Shown here: in pieces, positions 42,659 to 51,076 of the stretch | Position numbering within the stretch: position 1 is the first letter of the stretch | Layout of the letters: the number at the start of each line of letters is the position of its first letter | The notes under the pieces: model-generated | What the model was told of the DNA's origin: nothing | Databases searched by the model: none | Seen by the model: the letters and a program-made list of their open reading frames with translations, nothing else | Translations under genes and position numbers: made by a program | Source of the DNA: Mycobacteriales bacterium | Lineage (GTDB): Bacteria > Actinomycetota > Actinomycetes > Mycobacteriales > SCTD01 | Reading direction: 5' to 3' | DNA length: 64,000 nucleotides | Assembly (NCBI GenBank): GCA_038230355.1 | Contig: JBBRNK010000014.1 | Coordinates: 24,747-88,746 of the forward strand

Positions 42659-43516
42659 GTGGACCGGGAACAGGCATCGCGACTGCTCGAGCACGTCGCT
42701 GCCGGCGAGCTCACCCCCGCGGACGCCCTCGACCGGTTCGCGACCGCGCCGTACGACGCGCTCGCTCACTCCCTCGTCGACACCCACCGCGCGCTGCGCA
42801 CCGGCGACCCGGAGGTCGTCTACGCCGAGGGAAAGACGACCCAGCAGGTCCTCGACAACGTCGCCCAACTCCGCGCTTCCTCCGACCGGGTCCTCGTCAC
42901 CCGCTGCTCCCCCGAGGTCGCGACAGCCCTGGGTGGGTCGGGGCGGACGGTCCTGGTCGGGTCCCCACCTGCGGCCCGCGGCCTCGTGGCCGTCCTTGCA
43001 GCCGGTACGTCGGACGGACCCGTCGCCGAGGAGGCGGCGCTCACGGCGGTGGCGTTCGGGGCCGGCGTCGAGCGCGTCGACGACGTGGGGGTGGCCGGGC
43101 TGCACCGGCTGATCGCGGCCCGGCCGGTCCTCGACCGGGCCGACGTGCTCATCGTCGTGGCCGGGATGGAGGGCGCGTTGCCGTCGGTCGTGGGCGGCCT
43201 GGTCGGGACGCCGATGGTCGCCGTGCCGACCTCGATCGGCTACGGCGCATCCTTCGGGGGGCTGGCCGCCCTGCTGGCCATGCTGAACTCCTGCGCCCCG
43301 GGCGTCACCGTCGTCAACATCGACAACGGGTTCGGCGCTGGGGTGTTCGCGGCGCGGGTGGCGCGCCGGGTGGCGGCGGGGGCGCTGGCTCCCGGGGGCA
43401 GTTCTTCCTCAGGCAGCGGTTCTTCCTCAGGCAGCGGTTCTTCCTCAGGGAGCAGTTCTTCCTCAGGGAGCAGTTCTTCCTCTGGGAGCAGTTCTTCCTC
43501 TGGGAGCACGGCGTGA
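42659..43516 (+). CDS. larB: LarB-type (PurE-like) nickel-pincer cofactor biosynthesis carboxylase/hydrolase with Ser/Gly repeat tail
   Basis: DTHRALRTGDPEVVYAEGKT, AAGTSDGPVAEEA and VVAGMEGALPSVVGGL..VAVPTSIGYGA match LarB. The last ~45 aa are (G-S-[GS]-S-S-S)n. Confidence 0.8.
   Translation: MDREQASRLLEHVAAGELTPADALDRFATAPYDALAHSLVDTHRALRTGDPEVVYAEGKTTQQVLDNVAQLRASSDRVLVTRCSPEVATALGGSGRTVLVGSPPAARGLVAVLAAGTSDGPVAEEAALTAVAFGAGVERVDDVGVAGLHRLIAARPVLDRADVLIVVAGMEGALPSVVGGLVGTPMVAVPTSIGYGASFGGLAALLAMLNSCAPGVTVVNIDNGFGAGVFAARVARRVAAGALAPGGSSSSGSGSSSGSGSSSGSSSSSGSSSSSGSSSSSGSTA
43394..43507 (+). repeat. 18-bp in-frame tandem repeat, about 6.3 copies (GGN AGC RGT TCT TCC TCN)
   Basis: Counted directly: six consecutive 18-bp units plus a partial unit, encoding GSGSSS/GSSSSS at the 3' end of larB just before the larB/larC GTGA overlap. 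Confidence 0.95.
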
Positions 43517-44748
43517 TCGGCTGGCTCGACTGCCAGGCCGGCGTCAGCGGCGACATGCTGCTCGGCGCCCTGGTTGATGCCGGCGTTCCGCTGTCGGTCC
43601 TGTCGGACGGCGTTGCCGCGCTCGGGCTCGGGCTGTCCCTGGTCGCCTCGCCGGTGACCCGGGCCGGGCTCGGAGCCTGCAAGGTCGACGTGCAGCTCCA
43701 TGGTCAGAGCGCCGGTCCGGAGGATGGTCGGGGGAATGGTCCGGGGGATGGTCCGGGGGATGGTCCGGGAAATGGCAGTGCGCCCGCTGAGGAGCCCTTG
43801 CGCACCTGGGCGGTCGTCCGGGACCTCCTGCGCGACGCCCCGCCCGCGGCGCACGAGGCGTTCCGTCGGCTCGCCGAGGCCGAGGCCGCCGTCCACCGGG
43901 TGCCCGTCGAGGACGTGCACTTCCACGAGGTCGGGGCCCTGGATGCCCTCGCCGACATCGTCGGGGTCTGCACCGGCTTTGCCCACCTCGCCGCCCAAGC
44001 CGCACTGACCGAGCTGCACTGCTCGACGGTCGCGCTCGGGTCGGGGACGACTCGCGGCGCACACGGCCCGCTACCCGTGCCGGCCCCGGCGGTCCTGGCC
44101 CTGCTCGCCGGCCGTCCGGTCCTTGCCGGCCCGTCGCCGCACGAGAGCACGACACCCACCGGGGCAGCCCTGCTCGCTGCACTGGTGACCTCGTGGGGAC
44201 CGCTCCCCCCGATGAGCGTCAACGCGGTCGGCATGGGAGCCGGTGGCCGTGAGGTCGAGGAGGTGGCGAACGTCGTACGCCTCGTGCTCGGTGAGGCCCT
44301 GCCAGGTAACGGATCTGCGGTCGTCCTGGAAGCCAACGTGGACGACCTGGACCCGCGGCTGTGGCCGCATGTGCTCGCCACGCTGCTCCAGGCCGGGGCG
44401 TCGGACGCGTGGCTCACGCCGATCCTGATGAAGAAGGGGAGGCCGGCGTACACGCTGTCCGTGCTCTGCTCTACCGCCCTGGAGGAGGGGCTGCGCACGG
44501 TCGTGTTCCGCGAGACGAGCACCATCGGGCTGCGCAGCGCGCGGGTCGACAAGCACGCCCTGGCCCGCACTGACACGCAGGTCGTCGTCGGGGGTCAGCG
44601 GATCCGGGTCAAGGCTGCGTCCCTCGACGGGACGGTGGTCAACCGCAACCCGGAGTGGGAGGACGTGCTCGCGGCCGCGACCGCGCTGGGCAGGCCGGCC
44701 AAGGACGTGCTCGCCGAGGCCGTGGCGCAGGTGCAGCGCCAGCCCTGA
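43513..44748 (+). CDS. larC: LarC-type nickel insertion protein (DUF111)
   Basis: GTGA overlap start. MIGWLDCQAGVSGDMLLGALVDAG N-terminus, HFHEVGALDALADIVG, and a C-terminal EWEDV... domain. Confidence 0.85.
   Translation: MIGWLDCQAGVSGDMLLGALVDAGVPLSVLSDGVAALGLGLSLVASPVTRAGLGACKVDVQLHGQSAGPEDGRGNGPGDGPGDGPGNGSAPAEEPLRTWAVVRDLLRDAPPAAHEAFRRLAEAEAAVHRVPVEDVHFHEVGALDALADIVGVCTGFAHLAAQAALTELHCSTVALGSGTTRGAHGPLPVPAPAVLALLAGRPVLAGPSPHESTTPTGAALLAALVTSWGPLPPMSVNAVGMGAGGREVEEVANVVRLVLGEALPGNGSAVVLEANVDDLDPRLWPHVLATLLQAGASDAWLTPILMKKGRPAYTLSVLCSTALEEGLRTVVFRETSTIGLRSARVDKHALARTDTQVVVGGQRIRVKAASLDGTVVNRNPEWEDVLAAATALGRPAKDVLAEAVAQVQRQP
43714..43773 (+). repeat. 12-bp in-frame tandem repeat, 5 copies (GGT CCG GGG GAT-like) encoding GPED-GRGN-GPGD-GPGD-GPGN
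   Basis: Counted directly within larC. Confidence 0.9.
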
Positions 44749-44775
44749 GCTAGCCCTGAGCCAGCCCGGGCCGGG

Positions 44776-45312
44776 TCAGACAGCGGTGAAGAAGGCGAGC
44801 GCTCCGGCGCCCCTCGCCAGGGGCACCCCGACGACGTCGTGCGTCGACGTACGCCCGTTTCGCGTGAAGCGGACCAGACCGCGGGCCAGCGCTCCGGTCG
44901 CCAGGGCCCGCAGCGGGGGGACCTGGCGCTCCGGCTCGGTCAGGGGCAGCGCTGCGGCCGTGAAGTCGACCAGTGTCACCATGTCGACGAGCAGGGCACC
45001 GAAGACCTGACCGGGATCGACCCGCAGCAGCCCCGCGCAGCTCGCGCTCATCCCGGTGACGCGGCCGCGGGCGTCCAGCACGAGCACGGCCTCGTCGGCC
45101 TCCCGGACTCTCGTGGTCCAGGCCTGGAGACCCTCGTCCTTGGGGGCGTCGAGGTGCACCAGCCGAGGCAGCGAGGGATACGGCTCGACGAGCTCCTCGA
45201 CGAGCTCCTCGGGCTCGGCCACCACGTCGGGGACGGTCGGTCCCGCGGGCTCGACCGGTGTCAGCCGGTGCAGCGGCATGAGGAGCTGGGGGTGCAGGGC
45301 GGGCGATTTCAT
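44776..45312 (-). CDS. hypothetical protein (possible PAS-like fold)
   Basis: ATG 45312 forms an ATGA overlap with the upstream epimerase-family gene. No diagnostic motif recognised. Confidence 0.5.
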   Translation of the reverse strand: MKSPALHPQLLMPLHRLTPVEPAGPTVPDVVAEPEELVEELVEPYPSLPRLVHLDAPKDEGLQAWTTRVREADEAVLVLDARGRVTGMSASCAGLLRVDPGQVFGALLVDMVTLVDFTAAALPLTEPERQVPPLRALATGALARGLVRFTRNGRTSTHDVVGVPLARGAGALAFFTAV

Positions 45313-46277
45313 GCGGACGCCACCGTCGCGAGCCCCTCCGCCAGCGGGCGGAAGGACCACCCCAGCTCGCGCTGCGCCTTGTCGCTGCTCGCCCAGAACG
45401 TGACCCCGTCGGAGGAGGTCACGACCTCGCGCAGGTTGCTCGGAAAGCCCAGGATCGGACCCACGACCCGCCCGAAGGGCGCCAGCCCACGGAGCAGCAC
45501 CGTGGGCACCGACCCGCGGGGAGGCTTGCGGCCGGCGACCCGCGCGAGCTCAGCGACCAGGGCCCCCATCCGGGTCGGCTCACCCGCCAGGACGTACGAC
45601 GAGCCGCTGGTGCCCTTGTCGAGGGCGAGCACGATGCCGGCCGCGACGTCGTCACGGTGGACGGGGGTGACGCCGAGGTCGGGAAAGGGCATGAGGGGGA
45701 GCTTGCCCGCCAGGAGGCGATCGAACAACCCGCCGATCTCGCTGGTGTCCCCGGGCCCGTAGACGGTGCCGGGCTGCACGGTCACCAGCGGCAGGCCGCG
45801 CGCGCCGAGCTCGAGCGCGCGCTCGTGCGCCTGGACCTTCGTCTGCTCGTAGACCGACGTGTAGCCCAGACCCTGCGGACGCAGCCACTGCTCGTCGGCG
45901 ACGTCCCCACGGGTGTCCCCGAACACCGCGACCGTGCTGACGTAGACCGCCCGGCGAACGCCGGCGGCGAGCGCGGCGCCGAGGACGCGTTCGGTGCCGC
46001 GCACGTTCGCGTCGACCAGGGCCTCGCGGCGGGAAGCAGGGACGCCGATCTCGTAGACCGCGGCGCAGTGGATCACCGCGTCGGCCCCCTTCATCGAGGT
46101 CCGCAAGGCGTCCTCGTCGGACAGGTCGCCGGCTGCCAGCTCGCAGCCGAGAGCCAGGAGGGCGGTTGCCTTGGCCGGCGTCCGAACCAGCGCCACCACG
46201 TCGTCCCCGCGCTCGCGGAGCAGGCGCGCGACCTCACCACCGATGAAACCGGTACCCCCGGTCAGGAAGACGCGCAC
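45309..46277 (-). CDS. NAD-dependent epimerase/dehydratase family (extended SDR) protein
   Basis: GTG 46277. VFLTGGTGFIGGEV Rossmann motif and YEQTK (YxxxK). Confidence 0.85.
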   Translation of the reverse strand: MRVFLTGGTGFIGGEVARLLRERGDDVVALVRTPAKATALLALGCELAAGDLSDEDALRTSMKGADAVIHCAAVYEIGVPASRREALVDANVRGTERVLGAALAAGVRRAVYVSTVAVFGDTRGDVADEQWLRPQGLGYTSVYEQTKVQAHERALELGARGLPLVTVQPGTVYGPGDTSEIGGLFDRLLAGKLPLMPFPDLGVTPVHRDDVAAGIVLALDKGTSGSSYVLAGEPTRMGALVAELARVAGRKPPRGSVPTVLLRGLAPFGRVVGPILGFPSNLREVVTSSDGVTFWASSDKAQRELGWSFRPLAEGLATVASA

Positions 46278-46311
46278 CGGATGATGGTAGTGCCCCGTTA
46301 GGCTCCCGCAT

Positions 46312-47517
46312 ATGAGTGGCGTGCAGGTAACCAGCGAGGTCGGACGGCTACGCACGGTGCTGCTGCACCGGCCGGGCGCGGAGCTGCAGCGCCTGACGCC
46401 CCGCAACAGCGCCGACCTGCTGTTCGACGGCGTCCCGTGGGTGGGTCGGGCGCAGGACGAGCACGATGCCTTCGCGTCGGCACTGCGCGACCACGGGACC
46501 GAGGTGCTCTACCTGCAGCAGCTGCTGGCGCAGGCGCTGGACGTCCCCGAGGCGCGCGCGGAGGTCATCAACACGGCGGTCGCGCCGACGGTCGTGGGGC
46601 CGACCCTGGCCGCGACGTTGCGGACCTGGCTGCTCGACCTGCCGTCGACCGAGCTGGCAGCGCACCTGGCCGCCGGGCTCACCCACGACGAGCTGCCGCG
46701 CAGCGGCGCCGCGGGTGTCGTGGGCCGCCTCGCGGGTCCCCACGAGTTCCTCCTGCCGCCCCTTCCCAACCTGCTGTTCACCCGCGACTCGAGCGTCTGC
46801 GTCTTCGACCACGTCGCGATCACCAGCCCGTCGATGCGGGCCCGGCAGCGCGAGACGTCCCTCACCGGCGCGATCTACCGCTACCACCCGCGCTTCGCCG
46901 GCACCCCGTGGCTGTACGGCGAGTCGCGCGAGGAGGCGTGGTTCGAAGGTGGCGACGTCCTGCTGCTCGCCCCGGGTGTGGTCGCCGTCGGCGTGGGTCA
47001 GCGGACCACCCCCGCCGGCGTAGAAGCCTTTGCCATCCGGGCCTTCGCCGCCGGCGTTGCCCACACGGTGCTGGCGGTGCCGATCGCGCAGGAGCGCGCC
47101 ACGATGCACCTGGACACCATCTGCACGATGGTCGACGTCGACGCGATCGTGATGTTCCCCGCGGTCGCCGACACCCTCGAGGCGTGGACCGTGACGGCCC
47201 TCGACGGGTCAGTGCACGTCAGCGGACCGGAGCCGTTCCTCGTCGCGGCCGCCAAGGCGATGGGCGTCGACGAGCTGCGGGTCGTCGACACCGGCCTCGA
47301 CCCGGTCACCGCCGAGCGGGAACAGTGGGACGACGGCAACAACACCCTCGCTCTCGCGCCGGGACTCGTCGTCGCCTACGAGCGCAACGTCGTGACCAAC
47401 CACGCCCTGGAGTCCGCAGGCATCGAGGTGGTCCGGATCGCCGGGTCGGAGCTCGGCTCCGGACGGGGCGGACCCCGCTGCATGTCCTGCCCGGTCCTGC
47501 GGGATGCGCTGCCCTGA
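46312..47517 (+). CDS. arcA: arginine deiminase
   Basis: 401 aa. [16 protein letters not shown]-terminus, FTRD, and C-terminal catalytic Cys in GGPRCMSCP. Confidence 0.9.
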   Translation: MSGVQVTSEVGRLRTVLLHRPGAELQRLTPRNSADLLFDGVPWVGRAQDEHDAFASALRDHGTEVLYLQQLLAQALDVPEARAEVINTAVAPTVVGPTLAATLRTWLLDLPSTELAAHLAAGLTHDELPRSGAAGVVGRLAGPHEFLLPPLPNLLFTRDSSVCVFDHVAITSPSMRARQRETSLTGAIYRYHPRFAGTPWLYGESREEAWFEGGDVLLLAPGVVAVGVGQRTTPAGVEAFAIRAFAAGVAHTVLAVPIAQERATMHLDTICTMVDVDAIVMFPAVADTLEAWTVTALDGSVHVSGPEPFLVAAAKAMGVDELRVVDTGLDPVTAEREQWDDGNNTLALAPGLVVAYERNVVTNHALESAGIEVVRIAGSELGSGRGGPRCMSCPVLRDALP

Positions 47518-47595
47518 TCCGACGTACGAGCCTGGCCAGATCCGGCGTACCGGAGGAGGGTGAACCGGGAAGCCTTCCCGGGCGAAGGAAGCAGT

Positions 47596-48015
47596 GTGAA
47601 CCGATCCGTTGTCTTGCGCGTCCTCACGGCCGCTGCCCTTGTCGGCTTCGCCGTCGTCCACCTGAGCATCGCCGGAAACTACGCGGGCCTCGGCAAGCAT
47701 CCGCTGGCGCTCAGCGACCAGTTCTACGCGCAGGCCGTCATCGCCTCCGTGCTCGCGCTGGCCCTGCTGGTGCGCCCCTGGCTGCTGGTGTGGCTCGCGG
47801 CTGCGGGCTTCGCTGCCGGCTCCCTGGCCGTGCTCGTCTACAGCCGCTCGAACTGCCTGCCCATCTATGGCTTCGACGGGTGCTTCTTGGAGACCTGGAG
47901 CGTCGAGGGCGCGAAGAACGCGGCCTACTTCGAGACCGCGGCCCTCGTGCTGGCCGCTGTGGGGGCCCTGACCGCCCGCGCTACCTCGCGACGGGCGGGC
48001 GGTGTGAGTCGGTGA
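47596..48015 (+). CDS. small integral membrane protein
   Basis: Four predicted hydrophobic helices. GTG 47596 is preceded by GAAGGAAG. The ORF is also open from 47560. Confidence 0.55.
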   Translation: MNRSVVLRVLTAAALVGFAVVHLSIAGNYAGLGKHPLALSDQFYAQAVIASVLALALLVRPWLLVWLAAAGFAAGSLAVLVYSRSNCLPIYGFDGCFLETWSVEGAKNAAYFETAALVLAAVGALTARATSRRAGGVSR

Positions 48016-48943
48016 TCGTGGCGCACGCGACCGAAGCCTGGAGGCAGTTGCGCGTCAGGTAGGTCATCTCGGACGGGGTCCAGGCACTGATGTAGTCCGA
48101 GTGCAACGTGTACGGCGAGAAGCTGCCGTCGGCGGCCGCAATGACCATCGGCTTGCCGCCGTCGAAGGCTCCGACCGGGAAGCGCTCGGCGAAGGTCAGG
48201 CCGGGCAGGCGGACCGGGTGGGCTGTGTCGCACGACCCGCTCGGCGTGGCGTACGACATGTGGGACTTGTGGTCGGCGCTGTCGAGGTTCTTGCCGTCCC
48301 AACAGTTCGGGTAGATCACGCTGGCCTCGAGGAACTCCTGGTTGGCGCTGTTGCAGCTCGGGGGGGTCGCCGACTTGCCGCCGACGTTGCCGCTCGCGAG
48401 GGTCCGGCACTGCCAGCCGGCGACACCGGCCGACTGGGCGCTGGTGGCCTTGCTGTTACCGGCGATGACCTTCAGGCCGAAGGGCACCTCGTGCAGGCTC
48501 TTGCCGTTGAAGGTCTGGGCCCGGTAGTAGGCGCGGTCCTCGTACGGTTCGACGAGCGTGGCTGTGCCGTCCGGCTTGACCCTGTAGACGCTCGGCATCC
48601 AGTACGAGGACTTGTTGAGGTTGTCCGAGCAGTTGGTCCCGCCGGCGAGCAGCGAGGCGGAGGTCGAGCTCGGGTTGACGGAGGTGGCGCCGGAGAAGCT
48701 GTGGCGGTGGCCGCCGGGGACGCCGGGGGAGACGACCGGGTCGAAGTTCCCGGCCTGGGTGAGCTTGCAGGCAGTGACGAAGTCGACCTTCGTGGGGTAG
48801 GAGGAGTTGCTCGACGACAGGACGGGCCAGCTGGTGCTGGCTGAGGCGATCGGGGGGTGTACGCCGGTCAGCGCGGAGGCGACGACCGTCACGGCAGCCA
48901 GGGACAGGGCCAGGGAGACGGTCGTGATCTTCTGTAAGGTCAT
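47981..48943 (-). CDS. secreted DUF1996-domain protein
   Basis: 320 aa with signal peptide. FDPVVSPGVPGGHRHSFSG and SSYWMPSVY match DUF1996 hallmarks. The 3' end overlaps the convergent membrane-protein gene by 35 nt. Confidence 0.75.
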   Translation of the reverse strand: MTLQKITTVSLALSLAAVTVVASALTGVHPPIASASTSWPVLSSSNSSYPTKVDFVTACKLTQAGNFDPVVSPGVPGGHRHSFSGATSVNPSSTSASLLAGGTNCSDNLNKSSYWMPSVYRVKPDGTATLVEPYEDRAYYRAQTFNGKSLHEVPFGLKVIAGNSKATSAQSAGVAGWQCRTLASGNVGGKSATPPSCNSANQEFLEASVIYPNCWDGKNLDSADHKSHMSYATPSGSCDTAHPVRLPGLTFAERFPVGAFDGGKPMVIAAADGSFSPYTLHSDYISAWTPSEMTYLTRNCLQASVACATITDSHRPPVAR

Positions 48944-49058
48944 GGTTGAAAATCGGGGGGTCGCAACACTTGCTGTAGCGAATGTTCATGGAAAGTTAGC
49001 GAGTTCGCCCGATCGGGCTAGCGGGCCAGCGTCCCAACAGCCCCGGACCGCCATCTCG

Positions 49059-49931
49059 TCAGCGCAGGGTCAGCTGCCGGCTGAGCAGGCCGGAGCGGGC
49101 CCGGCGCTGGTCCTCGCTCAGGCCGCCGGAGGTCGCCAGGGCCTCGTCGAGGCGGACCCGCAGGGCCACCGCCGGCTCCTCGAGCTGCTCGGCTCCCGTC
49201 TCCAGCGGCAGGTCCCAGACGGGTACCAGCAGGCCATGGGCCCGAAACGAACCGACGTACCGGGTGGAGGGACCCAGGGACAGGCCCGCGACGCCCAGGC
49301 GGGCCATCGCGTCGAGCAGGGCGTCCTCGTCCTCCGGGAGCACCCAGCGCAGGTGCGCGCGCTCCTTCATCCGGCACCAGTAGCCGCTCTGGACGCTCGT
49401 GAGCTTGGCAGTGGGTACGACGGAGGCGTTGGCGCGCTCCATCGACGCGGCGACGTCACCGTCAGGGTCGTCGGCGCCTTCGACCCAGTAGTCGAAGCCG
49501 TCGTGGACGGTCACCACGAGGGGGGTGTTCTGGAGCAGGTCCTGCAACCGCGGGCCGGGGGCCGGCAGGTCCGTCGGGGTGACGCTGGTCCCCGGCGGGG
49601 CGGTGACCACCTGCTCCAGGACGGCAGCCAGGTCGCGGCTCGCGTCGCCGGAGCGGCTGTTGACCTGCAAGCCCAGGAAGCGGCGGCCGTCGAGGGTGAC
49701 CATCCCGGGCCAGGCCATCGGAAGGACGGTCGAGAGGGTGACCGTGACGTCGCTGCCCTTCAGGGTCAGGGGTGCCGTGGCTGCCGGGACGACCTCGCGC
49801 AGGGCGACCCAGTCGGTCTCGTCAACCCGCCCGGCGAAGGGCCGCGCGACGAACGCCGGCGTGGATGTCAGGTCGGCCTTGGCGGCTCTGGCGGCTCTGT
49901 CGGCCCTGGCGACCTTGCGTCGGGTGCTGAT
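49059..49931 (-). CDS. conserved actinobacterial protein (resembles the family I recall as DUF5926), possible ATC start
   Basis: The conserved-looking body begins ..STRRKVARADRAARAAK..FVARPFAG..VALREVVPAATA. AGGAG lies 6 nt upstream of an in-frame ATC at 49931. The nearest canonical in-frame start (GTG 50074) would overlap the divergent gene by 70 nt. Confidence 0.6.
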   Translation of the reverse strand: MSTRRKVARADRAARAAKADLTSTPAFVARPFAGRVDETDWVALREVVPAATAPLTLKGSDVTVTLSTVLPMAWPGMVTLDGRRFLGLQVNSRSGDASRDLAAVLEQVVTAPPGTSVTPTDLPAPGPRLQDLLQNTPLVVTVHDGFDYWVEGADDPDGDVAASMERANASVVPTAKLTSVQSGYWCRMKERAHLRWVLPEDEDALLDAMARLGVAGLSLGPSTRYVGSFRAHGLLVPVWDLPLETGAEQLEEPAVALRVRLDEALATSGGLSEDQRRARSGLLSRQLTLR

Positions 49932-50003
49932 GTCGAACTCCTGAGGGGTCGGCGGGGGGCGCTCGGCTCGCCGCCGGAGCGTAGTAGGCCTGACACTGAC
50001 GGC

Positions 50004-50969
50004 ATGCGAGTCGGTGTCGTCGGAGCGGGCATCTCCGGGATCGCCTGTGCCCGGGTGCTCGTCGACGCCGGCCACGAGGTCGTGGTCCTGGACCGCGGGC
50101 GGGTTCCCGGCGGCCGGATGGCGTCGCGCCGGTTCGCGAGCTCCCGGTACGTCGACCTGGGGGCGTCGTACTTCACGGTGAGCGAGCCGGCATTCGGCGC
50201 GGTCGTCGACGCGTGGGAGGCCGCCGGACTGGCCAGGCCATGGACCCACCGCTTCGCGGTCTGGGACGGAGCCTTCGGCGTCCCCAAGGACGGGCCGGTG
50301 CGTTGGGCCTCCCCTGGCGGGCTCCGGTCCCTCGTCGCCGCACTCGCCGAGGGGCTCGACGTACAGCAGGGGGTCCACGTGAAACAGGTCTCACGTCCGG
50401 CCGGCACCGGCGGCACCGCTGGCACCGCTGGCTTCGAGGTGGACGGCGACCGGTACGACGCGGTCGTGCTCGCCGTACCCGATCCGCAGGCGCTCGCCGT
50501 CCTCGACCCCGCCCTGCTCCGGGACAGTGGGCTGCCGAGCTTGGCGGACCGGGCCTGGGACCCGGTGCTCGTCCTGGCCGCCCGGTGGGACCGGCGGGCC
50601 TGGGACTTCGAGGACGGGGCGTTCGTGCACGGCTCCGAGGTGCTGTCCTGGGTCGCCGATGACGGCGCCCGACGGGGGGACGGAGCCTTCGTGCTGACCG
50701 CTCACTCGACACCGGCCTTCGCCTCCACCCGCCTCGCGGTACCCGCTGACGCCGGCCCCGACCTCATCGCGGGGCTGGCCGCCCTAGGGGTGCCCGAACC
50801 CGCGGAGGTCCTGCGGGTCCAGCGGTGGACCTTCGCCAAGCCGGTCGGTCCGCGCGAGCCGGCGTTCTTCCTCGAGGACGGCCTCGGGTTGTGCGGGGAC
50901 GGCTGGGGACGATCCCGCGTCGAGGGCGCCTGGCTGTCCGGGACCCTGCTGGGCCGAGCCCTCGCCTGA
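50004..50969 (+). CDS. FAD/NAD(P)-binding amine-oxidase/renalase-like oxidoreductase
   Basis: MRVGVVGAGISGIACARVL..VLDRGRVPGGR dinucleotide fold. The computed ORF's long 5' extension from 48807 is a shadow ORF. Confidence 0.8.
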   Translation: MRVGVVGAGISGIACARVLVDAGHEVVVLDRGRVPGGRMASRRFASSRYVDLGASYFTVSEPAFGAVVDAWEAAGLARPWTHRFAVWDGAFGVPKDGPVRWASPGGLRSLVAALAEGLDVQQGVHVKQVSRPAGTGGTAGTAGFEVDGDRYDAVVLAVPDPQALAVLDPALLRDSGLPSLADRAWDPVLVLAARWDRRAWDFEDGAFVHGSEVLSWVADDGARRGDGAFVLTAHSTPAFASTRLAVPADAGPDLIAGLAALGVPEPAEVLRVQRWTFAKPVGPREPAFFLEDGLGLCGDGWGRSRVEGAWLSGTLLGRALA

Positions 50970-51076
50970 CCTCCACGTCACCGGCGGTTGCCCGGCGACG
51001 TGTCTTGCGGGCCTGCACCACATCAGCCTGCGCTGGGCGTGCCGAGCGGCTCCCGGACGGCGGAGGGCAAGACACG

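Noticed and set aside
43394-43507. Possible CRISPR-like array, given the regular short repeats
   Set aside because: The units are directly tandem with no spacers, have an 18-bp period, are in frame inside larB, and no cas genes are nearby. This is a coding minisatellite, not a CRISPR array.
43240-44064. Minus-strand ORF containing (EEELLP)n / (EEEPLP)n repeats
   Set aside because: The repeat is simply the reverse-complement reading of the 18-bp larB Ser/Gly minisatellite. The ORF is antisense to the motif-supported larB and larC genes.
49007-49018. 12-bp perfect palindrome GCCCGATCGGGC between the DUF5926-like gene stop and the DUF1996 gene start
   Set aside because: As a hairpin it would have only a 4-bp stem with a GATC loop, and no U-tract, so it is a poor terminator. 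It is a single occurrence in the window, so no function can be supported.
48807-50003. 5' extension of the FAD oxidoreductase ORF (computed 48807..50969, 720 aa)
   Set aside because: The extension is antisense to the DUF5926-like gene and has no motifs. The Rossmann N-terminus MRVGVVGAGISG starts at ATG 50004.
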